Position numbers and translations under genes: made by a program. Below are positions 46,430 to 59,000 of a DNA stretch of 64,000 nt, one piece after another; the first letter of the stretch is position 1, and every line of letters begins with the position of its first letter. Source of the stretch: Fimicolochytrium jonesii (Eukaryota). The stretch is from positions 124,001 through 188,000 of the forward strand of contig NW_026515677.1 in NCBI RefSeq assembly GCF_025526975.1, given 5' to 3'. Under the pieces are notes generated by a model. It had not been told where the DNA came from. It did no database searches and worked only from the letters and a program-made list of their open reading frames with translations.

Positions 46430-48670
46430 GTTGCGTAATGCGGGTGATGCTACTGCTCGTAGACACCCACACGCTGGATATATGCAGTACGAGCCAGAAA
46501 CGAAAGGAACAAAACTTGATTGGGAGGGCTCTGGATTTGCAGAAATCGAAAAAAAAAAGGTTCAGGAAAGGAAAGAACGGCGCGCAGTATCAGTGTTTTT
46601 GCGTGGGATGGACGGAGAACGGTCTCGACGCGTAACGCGGGAACCAGTTCTGCGCAAAGAATCCCCCTCACACACAACTGCGCCCACGTGCACAGTAGGG
46701 AAACGGCGTGGAAAGCGCAAACCCAGAGCAGTGCAGATGCGCTACTTGGTACTCACCACCAGCGAGCCAACACTTGTGATTTGCTATAAGCAGCGCAGTA
46801 GCCAATTCTCGATCGATATGAGGTTTTCAAGTCCAAAAAAAAGCGTCTGTGGTCAAGGAAGCTGGGCGGGCTCGCCCAGTCGTGCCACCCTATATATACT
46901 CAGTTGTCGAGAGGAGGCAAGATCGAGGGGTGCTGAACAGAGACATGCATGTACTGTAGCTCAGCTGAGCATTTCGAGGAGGCAGGCAGTAATAATCTTT
47001 TGTGAGAACTGCGCGTCTTTTCCCCCCCGGTCTCCTTTTGACCTCCGATTTTCGGTCACAAGCACGGGGAGATGCGACGAGTTGCGGGATTTGCACAACA
47101 AGTTGGGAGAGTGATTTGTGTGGTGGAAGGCTCGGAAGCTGCTGTGGATCATATCATTTCGCCACACACCGTACGTACGCGGTCGAAAGCCTCATTGTAA
47201 CGACGTCCAAGGGTCTTGCTGTTCCGTCGCGCGTCACCCGGTCGGTGCATAATGCTGTGTGGGACGGTTTGTCACACGTCCCCCAGAGAGGCGTTATTGA
47301 AGACCTCTTTCATTACGGGCGGGGAGACCGGGACCATGATTTCGTCGGGAATTTTAAAAGCTGCTTTCGCGATTGACATCATTGCTGAACCTGATGCCTG
47401 TGCGAATCGATCGGGTTAGCTTTATGTGTTTCGAGAAAGATGGAGTTAGCTTATACTTGTCCTTTCCTTCAATCATGGGTCAAATGAAAGCTGGACTGAA
47501 CGGGGCTTGTGTTGTGTGCAGACAATCAGGGGCAAGGAGTAGGCGATTGTACCCTATATTTAGGAGGTTGGCGGGGAACTTAAGGAGGAAAAGCACAAAA
47601 TGAGGTCACTCACACTGTCAATCTAGACTTTCCCACTGTCGAAATAGGGACGCGCCTCCTTATGTCATCTTCCGCGCGCCCCAAACGCGTCGCACCAGCT
47701 TCCGAACTCCCCCGGGCATCTCCTGCAGGACGTTCGAAGGGGAACGATATGTCTGAAAATATTTCTGCAGGAGACTGAACGGGGACCGGCTCCCTGGGAT
47801 GGAAGATTGAATTGTTATTGAATCTAGCTGTGAACAAAGAAAACCGATAGATCTCTGCAATTTACCAAAGGTTAAGAATCAAGGCAATATCAGGGTGTCC
47901 GTCACTGCCTTGTAACCGAAAGGCTCTCAAGGGTTGTCCCATAAACGCTCCTGCAAAACCAGGAGAGAACCCCATGCTCAACCAGAACGGCTGAAAGATC
48001 CGAGGTAAATCACGATGTCTGGTCCCCCATGCGTCTCCCTGATCCTAATTCGAACTTCATCGTCGCCCTTTCCCAGCTTCCATTCCGGCCCTCGGTCTTT
48101 GTGCGATGGCGTAGTAAGTCTACTACGTCTCATGCACGCGATTGAAAGGGAAATAGGTGTACATCTGCTGCAGGAGATCAAAGGAGCATCGTACCATGCT
48201 TGAGATGACATCGGAGGGGCAAGGCAGTGCCTACAGGCAGGAAATCCCACGCTTTGGGATCACAGGAAGGGACGTGAGGTGGGGGCGGAACATTTCTGTG
48301 ACCTCAAAAGGTACTAACGGGGACTCCCATAATGTGGAATAACAGAGTTCAGTGCACACAGAATCTCTCCTAAAATCAGATTGTTGCGGGCTGCGTTGGG
48401 TAACTCTCGAATCAATGCTGACATAAGCCGCGTGCTGGACGCGTTGGGGGAAATGCAGCAGTTTGTACCGTGCACTTGAGAAAAAGACGGTGGGCGGAAG
48501 GACCTTTCGGCAGGTGTACATTAACAGTGAAATTGCATTTTAAAGTATGTACATGTACACATACTCGCAGAATCTACAGATTCTTTTCTATTCCACACGA
48601 CATCACCCAACCCCAGACCAAAAACGTCTCGTCCCAAAAGTCCCCTCACCACATCACATCCTCTCAGCGG

Positions 48671-51600
48671 TCACACATCATCCTCCTCCCCCCCTCCCAC
48701 AATCCCTACCGCAACCGGGCCCCAAAGCCTCCTCCACCCCTCCACAATCCTCCCCACCCTCCCCTCCGCCGCCCTCCTCCCCTCCTTCTCCCCCCGCAAC
48801 TCCCTCTCCATACTCTCAATCCTCCCCATCTGCCCATCCGCAACCCCCTGCAACGCCTCAATCCGCTCCCTATCGCCCGCCACCCGCGCCTCTAACCCCT
48901 GTATCCGATCGCTGCTGTCGTGTAGTTTGGATTGAAGCGTGCGCAGGTGTTGCGTTGTGGATGTCAGGGCGCTGAATGCCGTTGTGTACGTCGTGAGGAA
49001 GGGGTACGGGTGGTCGTGTGCCTGTTTTGTAGGTGACCCCGGCCGAATCATATCGCCGGGAATATCCAACACGTTCCCGACGGCACACACACCCTCCCAC
49101 TGTTTCTCGTAATCGACCAACAGGGACTCGAGCTCGGCGTGCTCGGTCTGGAGGATGGTCAGATGTGATTGGAGATGTGTGAGTTTGGTGGTCCAGGCGT
49201 TTTCGTGGGATGTGAGGCGTTGCTGGGTCTTGTGGAGGGTTGATTTTAGCGCGGCGTTTTCGGCGTGGGTTTGTTGGAGGGCCTTTATATGTTCTACATC
49301 AATCACAGAACAAATCGATATCAGCGTCATGTCATCCATATCAACAACACCAGAGAAGTGTATGTTTGGTTCAGCCTACCTTCAACAACCCCCGTCAATC
49401 CCCCAACCAACTTCCCCATCTCCCTCCCCTCCCTCACAACCTCCTCCAATCCCACCTCCTCCCTCCCCGCCCACGTCTCCAACACGCCCATCTGCGCCCT
49501 CACCATGCCCTCCACCTGCGCAACCAACTCGCTCGCCTCGCCAAACACCGCTTCTTTCGCCTCGGTGCGCAATCGCTCCATCTCGGCTGTAAGCGCGCTG
49601 ATCCGCTCTGTGTGGGTTTGGTGCGTGTGGGAGAGGGTCGTTTCGAGCGCGTGGATCTGGGCACGGAGTTGTATGCGGTCATGGTCGGCGTCCGCGTCGT
49701 GGGTCCTCACACTCCGATTCGCACGATCCAACGCTTCGCTCAGGTCCGCTTTCTCGCGTCTAGACCCTTCGACGGTCTGTTCTAGACTCCTGGTGTGGGA
49801 TTCCAGCGTATGTATCTGAGCGGCGAGTTCCGCTTTTTCGCGTGTATACCCTTCAAGGGTGTGTTCCAGACTCCTGGTGTGGGATTCCAGCGTATGTGTC
49901 TGAGCGGCGTGTGCGGCGGTGCTGGCGGCGAGGGTTGTGCGGAGGTGGGTGAGTTCCTGGCTTAGGGTGGCGATGAGTCTGGCGGAGTCGGAGGTGATGT
50001 CGTGGGGCGCGAAACGCGGGATCGGGGACGACACAGTCTGCCTCTGTCCATAGTCCCGTAACTCTTCCACCTCTTTTTTCAATCCTTCCACTTTACGCTT
50101 CAACCCCTCATTCTCCCTCTTCACATCCTCTACCCGCTCCCTCAACCCACCATTCTCCCTTCTCACCGCCTCCACATCCCTCTCATACCTCCCCTCCCAC
50201 TCCCCCACCCTTTGTTCCATCTCCACCACGTCCGCCCTCCCCGCCTCCCCCTCCTCAAACCCCGCAAAGTACATCTCCCCAGCAATCGCAAGCATCTGCA
50301 CCACCTCCCTACACGCACCGATCAACTCCCCCGCGTCGGACTGGGACGCGATGGTGATGGAGATGTCGCGTAGGATGGTTAGCAGGCGGTGGATGCGGTC
50401 GGCTATTGTTAGAGGGGTTGTAAGATGGGTTGGTTTTGGGGAGGCGGCGCGGTACGTGGCTACGCAATGACGGAAATGGGTGGATTGGATGTCGATCAAG
50501 GCCAAGAGGTCTTTGAGCATTTCCCCACTTCTGGCGTTCTGCAACGGGGTGGAAGGCGGTGGCAGGTCGTTTTCCTTATCGGGATACATGGGGCGGGACT
50601 CCGTCTTATCGCGACGGTGCTGGTCCCTCAAGAACGCGTTCTGCTCCAACAACGATCGGAGTTCGAGCTGGGTACGTGATTCCTGCATTCGGAGACGGTG
50701 GATGTCTTGCTGTAAAGTCGTGCAGTGTGTGCATGGTTGTTGATGATGTTGTTCCGCTAGTGCCCTCGCCGGAACATCGTCTGTAGTAACCGGTGCGTGT
50801 TTGGCGTTTACCGACCCGACGACCCGATTTTCATCAACCAACCTCCGATTCTCCGCCTCAAGCCGCCCAATTTGTCTGCTGAGGTACGCGACGGCGTTAT
50901 TGTCGATCTCTCCCAGTTGGTGTGATTGGAGTTGTTGCATGAGATGAATTTGGTGTTTTGTTTCGGCGAGGTCGCGTTGTAGATTTGTGGTGGAGGTTTG
51001 CGGATCTGGAAGAGGAATGGCGTGCGCGGGAAGGGCGGGCGGTTTTTGTTGTTCTGGTATCGGCGTTCGGTGTTGCGGTAAGGGTTGCGATTGAGATAGG
51101 GAGACCGCTTGGGATGTGTCAATGGATTGTGGTTGGAGAGCCGGAAGGGGGTCGTTCCGCGGATCTTTCACGGAATTGGATGGGGGCGCCTCGACCATTG
51201 GTAATGCAGCCTCGATCGGTTCATCCGCCGCATCCTTTCCATGCTTATCCTCTACTGCATCCGCACCGCTTGCACCAACCCCTCTTGGCCTGGTCATCAT
51301 ATCCTTCCGAGGACCGCCCGCCTCTTCAGCAGGCCGCAAATCAAAATCAAACACCGAATGCCCCGGCTGATCACGCACGAAGATCGACGAGATGTTGCGT
51401 ACATGCGGTGTCGGGTTGCCGGAGGGTAGACCCGCCGGTCTGGTTGTTTCTGATGTCCGAGGAGCCTCTTTTGTCTCGCCTTCATGGGCAGCGTCTATGA
51501 TATCGCTGCTTCGAATCTGAGATTCTATGGATGTCGTGTCTACCGGCACCGGAGCTCCCGCTCCCGAGTCCGACGCCACCGGCCCCACCACCGCCCCCGC

Positions 51601-51879
51601 AGCACCATCCCTCCCCCCCTCTCCCAACTCCAACCTCTCCAGCTCCCTCGAAATAGTCGTAACAGTCTGCATCAGATCGCGCGTCCTGTGCGCCAGCGCG
51701 TCTTCTTTCGCGATGGACGGTTTGTTGCGCGTTGATGTCGATGTTTGGGTGGGTAAGCGACCTCGAGATGCCGGTTGTTGTTTCTGAGTGGACGGCTTGG
51801 GTAAAGGTGGCTCGGCGTCTATCTTCTTCTTTCTACGGGGGACGGGTGCGTTGGTGGTGGATGGTTGTTGGAGAGGCAT
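48671..51879 (-). CDS. Large coiled-coil protein of unknown function (~1040 aa); intron 49294-49379
   Basis: 850-aa and 222-aa ORFs joined in frame by a GTAGGC..TAG intron; extensive E/R/L heptads. Confidence 0.8.
49738..49908 (-). repeat. 84-bp (28-aa) coding tandem duplication
   Basis: AQTHTLESHTRSLEHTLEGYTREKAELA / AQIHTLESHTRSLEQTVEGSRREKADLS; DNA offset of 84. Confidence 0.9.
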
Positions 51880-52743
51880 CTTGAGGCATGTGATGAGAGG
51901 AGTGTAAAGTCTATCGATGGGATAGGATCGTGCGTCCTAGTGGGACAGAGCAGTCCCTTTCCGGATGTACATGTAGCAACTAATGATTGAGGTTTTAGGC
52001 GGCAGCACTGGTTTGCGAGAAAAAACGAGCGGTGGATCTGGAAACGCCCATAACACTTCCCAAACGCGTCAGGTCTTTCCCCGAAGTCAACGCGTCTAGA
52101 TCGATCCAACACTTCCATGTCATCCAGGACTTTCGGGGAATCTTCCACCACCAGACGCATATCTGAGGCCAGGCCTGCAGTGACACAGTTCTGATAACTC
52201 CTTATGATAACGATCGCTGGCAGTGTTCACCAAAGGGAAGGCGGGTGTATCTATGTAATGGTCACGTAAGCGCAGTTAGTAAAATCGAACGGGCGGCGGG
52301 CGCAGCGGCGGAGATGACGTTGTTGTCGTTCGTGGGTGGACAGAACATCCTACTAGTACTGTAGGCCTATATGATATCGATATCTGGACGGACATCGGTA
52401 TTCGACTAGGACCGTACATAACGAGACAGAGAGTCTTCCGGCCTCCTGCTACATACATATACGTTGTTCCCGTCCTGTACGCTGTAATCCGGCTCAGACC
52501 ACCAAGTGCTTTAGGCTCTCCATCGCGGCAACAACCTCAACTCCGACACTCACTCAGTAAATCGTCCAGCAATCGGTCGCTTCGCCAGTCACTGTTCCAC
52601 GATATACACCCTATCTTTTATCGTAGTGGTTGGAGGTAAATAGAACCCCGCAAACACAAGCGAAGAGACGAACATCAATATTGAAGATCGGACCAGAATA
52701 AGGATCTCGTTGCCACATCCTCCCTCAAATCACCCCAAAAATC

Positions 52744-53280
52744 ATGGCAGCAGCCGGCGCCATAGCCGGGGCGCGTATGCGAGCCGAGATCGAGAAGAAA
52801 CTCTACCCACCCGTGGCATGTCTCGTTTTCTCCGAAACCTCCTCCGTGTCACACATCCTCGCTCTCCTCCGCGCCATCGCCACCAACCCCAAACTTCCCA
52901 AGGACGTTATGATCCTGGGTCTGGACGACGACGGCGCAAAGGTGCTGAGGGAGAACATCACCGAGGCTTGTTGGGGCCTGGGCTTGCAAGCCCGTTTTGT
53001 CGCGGCCACTCCGGCTGATAAATCCGCCGTCTCGTCCTTTGAGGCCCTCCCCCCTTTCAACCACAAGAAGAGTAGCGGGGTTCGACATTATATTTTCGGG
53101 TTTGGCTTGCGACCGCAGCCGGAGCCCGTGCCGGCCCCGATCAACGATTTGGTGTATGTGCTCCCGCAGGATTCTAAGGGACCGGGGGAACCCATGCCGC
53201 ATGCATACAACGCTGCTATTTCGCTTGCTTTGGAGAAGGGATATAAGATAGCTAGTGTGGACTCTCTCTTCAAAGCTTAG
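52744..53280 (+). CDS. Hypothetical protein, 178 aa, intronless, alpha/beta-like pattern
   Basis: Good start context (AAATC-ATG-G), gene-like codon bias and composition; no family recognised. Confidence 0.75.
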   Translation: MAAAGAIAGARMRAEIEKKLYPPVACLVFSETSSVSHILALLRAIATNPKLPKDVMILGLDDDGAKVLRENITEACWGLGLQARFVAATPADKSAVSSFEALPPFNHKKSSGVRHYIFGFGLRPQPEPVPAPINDLVYVLPQDSKGPGEPMPHAYNAAISLALEKGYKIASVDSLFKA

Positions 53281-53649
53281 TGCGGCTATCTGAGCATCCC
53301 ACCGGGCGTAGTATCTTTGTAAACTTGAGATCAGACGTTCATGTATATAGGAGGCTGGCCGCAACGCCAATGGTACTTGAAATGCGAGAATGACTGGCAC
53401 TTTGTACACCAGTACAGGTGTAGGGGCGACTTGGGGGCCGAATGCAGCCGTAGTGATGACCAAGTACTTCTGTCAGTCTTCGGATGGCGCGTGAGGCGGA
53501 GGGCATAAGCAGAGGCTCTCGCATACCAGTGTATAAGAGACTCCCGACACCTCTCGCCCATCCGTTGCAAGGACGGTGGTGGTAGAATAACAGGGCGGCA
53601 ATGCACTGTTTCTGGCTTTACAACGGCCCTCTAGATATTGATCTGACCC

Positions 53650-53900
53650 TCGTGAATTTGAGGATCTTCAGCAGGCAGAACTATCCTGAAAAGGGAGTCA
53701 GCCTTTAGCTGAGGAGATTCATACGGACATCCAGCGATGCATACGAACGTCCTTGCCCTGATGGGAATGTACCGTATGCACTGGAAGCTGGGCAAAACTG
53801 TCGAAATCCTCACCCAAACTGTCAATGGACGCCGCGAGGGAAAGGGGCATCGTTCTTCACCACTGTATTTTCGAACGATACCAGTACACAGACGATCAGT
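53650..53900 (+). pseudogene. Possible decayed TPR (kinesin-light-chain-like) fragment
   Basis: YGHPAMHTNVLALMGMYRMHWKLGKTVEILTQTVNGRREGKG resembles HPxTL..LA.LY...GKL.EA.EL.....GR...G; stop codons in adjacent sequence. Confidence 0.3.
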
Positions 53901-54005
53901 GCAGCATGTAGGGCGCCACCTATTCTCTAGAGGTTCTCCAGGGCTATGGAAAGGCCCGATGGACGGTCTGTGGATGATCTCGTTGCCCCTTCGACTCCGC
54001 TGAAC

Positions 54006-54454
54006 ATGTTCAGGACCCTCATCGCGATTGGGATCGCTGTTGCCACCACCGCTTTGGCAGCTGAACCGTATTCACAGCAACACAGATTCTCTATATCAGA
54101 AACGACATCGGGCTGGCGAATCCCCCTGGACAAACGAAGCCGTGGACGTCTGCCCGGTTTTCCGCGGTTGAGAGGACGTTCAACGGCACGGCGCTGGAGA
54201 GCGCTGTGACCTACCCTCGGTTCCTAGCAACGCAGTCTGGTGGATTTCAACTCTTCTACAGATCGGGCATCTCCGGTAACGGCCAAGGCCGCATCGCCGA
54301 GTACGCCAAAAGCACATTGAAGACTCTAGGCGCCTTCAGATCGGCCCTAGGCACCTACGTAGCGCCCAACAAAAACACCTCCATCACCCGCAAACTGGAT
54401 CTGACTTCTTTCGTCTCAACGGGCCATAAGAGTGCATCCATTCGAGACGTGTAA
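54006..54454 (+). pseudogene. Probable relic of a secreted BNR_4-type beta-propeller protein
   Basis: Signal-peptide-like MFRTLIAIGIAVATTALA, then in another frame VTYPRFLATQSGGFQLFYRSGISGNGQGRIAEY (TYPxF..YRxGxSGxG motif); short and frame-broken. Confidence 0.45.
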
Positions 54455-54784
54455 CCCACCGGTTCTTGGAAGAAGTGACGATGCTGCTTCACATAAGTGT
54501 AGGTGGTTGGCTGGAAGTGTGCGCATATACTGTACGTCGCTTGTTTGCAGTGGTCGCAAGCCTCCCGCTCCCTCCTAAGTCCTGGATGTCCAAAGTCCAC
54601 GCGTACTGTACAATATCCTCGTCGGTTGCAAAAGCGTTCGCGAAGAGACCCCTGGGCAACATCGCTTCCCCAGACCTATTCCCCAGCCCAACATCTCGGG
54701 GCATACACATCCCAGCTATACTATAGAGACACATAGATGCTGTCGTGCAGAAGACTAGTCCACACAAGAGGCCTCCTGCCAAAA

Positions 54785-55793
54785 ATGCCCCTCGACACCC
54801 CCGCAGCCCAAGACTCCGCTAAGGCTCATATCCATGCCCTGTGCGTCAGCGAACGGACCGCTGTGCTTTCGCTTGGTTGCAGATATGCTGTACTGGTTTG
54901 TATTCGCCGCTTGTTTGCTTCTACTGGGGAATGTACCCAGACTCACGAGTTTTGTAATTTCCAGTGCGCAAGTCTGTCTAGTGCGAATATTCCCACCGCA
55001 TTTGCACCAGCTCTCGACGCGTTGGCGGAGATTGCGGTGGACGAGAAGGAACGTGCGGTGTGTTTGAGGAAGGGGAGGGAGGCGGTTTACAAGGTGGGTG
55101 GGAAGGAAGAAAATTCCTGATCTGCGGTAGATAGTCGCTTTACACGTTTCACGTTTGCAGAGTTACACCGTTGCTGGGATGCCCAAGGTACAGCCAGCCG
55201 CCTAGCTAGGGGAATAGGCGCCCCAGAAAAGGACGGACTACCCTGCTCACAGTCAATGCGCACAGACCATCAACGGCCTCTCCGAACTCCGCTCCGGCGC
55301 CATCGCCCGCTGGCCTTCCTCAGCCGCCACGTTCGACGAACCCCTCCCCGAAGACCAAACCGGGTCCACAGAGCAGCAACGGGCGGAAAGGGGCCAGGTG
55401 CTGTTCAATGAGGTGTATGGGCGGACGGCGCAGCGGTTGACAGATATACTGGGGTCGCTGCATCCGCGGCTGCTGTCGGTGATTGTGACGGATGCGTATG
55501 GGAAGATTTTGGCGGATACGGGCGTGTTGGGGTTGGAGGAGACGGAGTTGGTTATGGTTGGGGCTTTGAAGGTATGGCCGGATCCTTTACATTGCGCCGT
55601 ACTCTTCAAGCTCTGGTATCTGGGATTCGCTGAACATGCTGATATTTGTCTACTCTAGGTACAAGGCGGCCCAGTCGCAAAGCAGGTAGAAAGTCATCGG
55701 AGAGGCGCCGTGCGCATGGGTGCTTCGCAGAGTCATGTCGAGGCCGCCGAGTACATTGCCGATGAAGTCGTGCGGCTGAAAGAGATGGCCTAA
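54785..55793 (+). CDS. AhpD/carboxymuconolactone decarboxylase-like fold protein (fungal Pxp2-like), 6 exons
   Basis: Exons 54785-54840, 54883-54895, 54965-55093, 55161-55187, 55266-55571, 55659-55793 give REAVYKSYTVAGMPKTINGL..ERGQVLFNEVYG..LHPRL..AYGKILA..ETELVMVGAL..QVESHRRGAVRMGAS. Confidence 0.8.
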
Positions 55794-56006
55794 GGCGAAT
55801 ACGTAATGGATAGAGAAGCATTGATACCCACTCGGCGTATGCCACACGGACTTGCCCCTGCAGGGACAGCACCTGACCAACGAAAGCGACCACTTCCTAA
55901 GCATGTGGCACACTTCATACATTTTCATAGTAAATACACACAAATGCACAGATGAGAAGACGCACCAAACTACATGTCCACAATCCCAAAAAAAGTCCCG
56001 AACACT

Positions 56007-59000
56007 TCAAATCCCATGGAGACAACTATCCCTCCAACTCTGCATCTCCTCCAACGGCCCACGCAAGTAAATCACGCTTTCCCGATCATGCACCCTAACA
56101 ACCGCCTCCCGCTTTCCCTTCTCCTTCTCCTTCCCACCCTCCTCACCGCCACCATCCAACTCAACAAGCTCAACGCACTCCTCATCCCCCGGCGTGATCC
56201 CAATCCCCAGCACCAAATCATGCTCCCCCTCACTCCCCGCCTTAGGCCGACACCAACACAACACATCCGTAAACAAGAAAAACGAAAACGTCTTCCCGCC
56301 CACCCCATTCAACCGTAGCCTCCCCAACGCATCACTCCCACCAGCCGTCTCCTCTCCGTCTTTAACTCCAAAACGCGTCTCGATCAAATGCCCCGCAACC
56401 CCCTGCCTAAACCGCTCCTTCTTCCCCCCACAAGCCTGCAACGCGTCCACGCGCATATGACCCGTCGCCGCCCCGACAAACTCCACGCTCTTCAACACCC
56501 TGACCATCCCCTGCCGCACGAACCGTCGCCCGGGGCGAACGTGGGCGAAGGCGTCCACACCCGCGGACCACGGGCGGACACGGACGCGGGAGAGGACGTT
56601 GAGGCCCTGTTCGCGGGCCTCCCATTCGCGTTTTTTGTCGTTGCATTCGGCGACTCGGAGGCGGATCTCTTCCCGCGCGCGTTTGAGCGAGGCGTAATCG
56701 GTATGTGTGGGGGGTGTGCATTCGAACAGTTCGTCGATCAGGAGTTTGTACCGCGGTAACCGCTGCACGGGCAAAATCAGGAACGATTGGAGGCTGTTCT
56801 GGGTGTGGCGGGGGTTCTGTTTGGCTTCTTGCACGAACTCTTTGAGGCGTTTGTTGAGCGCTTTCTTTGTGGATTTGCTGCTGCCGTCGGTTGTGGGGAG
56901 GGCGGTGGTGGAGTTGGAGGAGGGTGGTGGGGCTGCGGAGGTGGAGGCGGAGGAGGGGGAGTCGATTTGGGAGACGAGGCGGTTGGCGGAGTCGAAGTTG
57001 TTGTAGTACGTCTGGGAAGCACCGGGAAAATGGATCAGAACCATTGATGGCAGGTGGGGGCATTGCGAAAAAAGTGGAATCATCCCCCTTGGGTCCAGAT
57101 CTACTTACCGAGTACATGCGCAAAAACGGCGCACTCGGCAGAAACACCGACCCCAGCGGCTGGTCCTCCGCGCTGCACGCCCGTTCCAAATCCGGCAGCA
57201 GATGACTACAAACAAACATCAGCAAAACTGCCCATAACCCCGCCACCAAAAACCCCCTTCCCCTTATACTCACTCGCGATGGAAAAGCAACAAACTCCCC
57301 AAATTCGCAAAAATCCCATTCATCTCCTGCGCACTCAACACCCCCCCTTCCTCCATCGGCACAATATACACCTCCCTCAGGGCCTCCAACTGGCTCACAT
57401 ACGTGCGTTCCGTGGTCAGGACCTCCATCGCGACTTTGCGGCGGCGTTCGGGGGTCTGTTTCTTCGATAAGTGTTTAGGGTCCGATTCCGTGTCCGGGAG
57501 AGAGGCGGAGGGGGAGGGGGAGAGCAGGGAGGCGGCGGCGGCGGAGGTGCGGGGGTCGAGGGTGTGTGCGTCGCGGAGGTGGTTGAGGAGTTGGAGGAGA
57601 GCATTTCGGTATTGCGTTGCGGTGTCCGGGGATGTTTTCGTCGGCGGGGATTGCTTTGGCGATGAGAAGAGGTTGGAGAAGCGGCGGGTGCGGGTGGTGC
57701 TGCTGCTTGTGGGGCGGGAGGAGGGTCGCGGGTCGTCGAGGGCGGATGAGGGGTCGAGGGAGGAGCGGCGGGGGCCGTAGTCGGGGGATTTGGAGGGGGT
57801 TGTTGGGAGGTCTGGGGTGGAGAAGGATAGGCTTCCGGGCGGGGCTGTTCCAAACCATATCATATTCGATGTTCAACGGAATGATGAGCAACACAACCAC
57901 AGCATCTGCAAAAGAGAAAACCAAACCTACCAGATTTCCTAACCAACACCGACTTCCGCTTCCCAATCCCAAACAACCTCCCCTTCCCCGCCGCCGCATC
58001 CGCCACCGCCAACTTCTCCCCACCCCCATCCACAACCGACGGCGGCCGATCCATAGCCCCCACCGAACTCCTCCTCTCCTGCTGCACCACCCCACTCCCA
58101 CTGGCCGCATCCCCATTCCCACCCCCAAACAACCCCACAATTCCCCTCCGACGACTACTCTCACTATTCCTACTCCGGAAACTGCTATTCGGCGTCGGGT
58201 TGGATATCACAGATTCGGCAGTAGGCGCCCACGGGAACGCGTCCCCCGCGATCGAATGCCGCGCAGAGGTCCGGGACTGAACGCTCCGGACGCTGCCGAG
58301 GGGCGTGTCGTTGTTGTAGATGGGGGAGGTGGTGGTGCCGCCGATCATCTTCTCGAGTTTGAGGAGGTGATCGGAGCGCCAGCCGTCTGAGGGGAGGGAT
58401 TGGATGCGGCGTTTTGGGTGGCTTGCGGTGGATGATGTGGGAGTTGGGGGTGGGTCGTCAACGGGCGGTAAGTCGTCGGGAAGTGGACTGTCGTCGAGAT
58501 GAATCGAGCTGGCCACACTCGGCGGGGTGCTAACCCCCACACCCGCGTTTGAAACCGGATGAACCTCCCCACTGGCCTGCGTGACGGCCAGCAGCGGGGC
58601 AACGATCTGCGCAAAGGAGGTGTCGAAGGGGTTTCCTTGCACGTAGAGGGTGTGTAGGGAGGAGCGGAGGACGCCGATGGAAGAAGGGAGGATGCGGAGG
58701 CAGTTGTGGGAGAGGTCGAGGGTTGTTAGGTGGGGCATGTGGGCGAAGAGTTCGGGTGCTGTGGGGGGGAATCAAGGAATGTTAGCGTCAGTTTCCCCCG
58801 TCTTCCCTTGTAATGAATGAAGAGGGTAGCAAACATTACCAATGTCAGTAATCCGATTCCTCCCAAAATCACAAACCCTCAATCTCCCGGCATCCGCCAG
58901 TTCCACGGGCAAACCAACCAATCTATTCTCCCTCACATAAACCTCCCTCAGCTCCCTCAGCCCTCCAATCTCCGCCGGCAACTGCGCCAACAAATTCTGA

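Noticed and set aside
47978..48342. Short ORFs with protein-like stretches (LLRLMHAIEREIGVHLLQEIKG)
   Set aside because: Too short and interrupted; no family recognised
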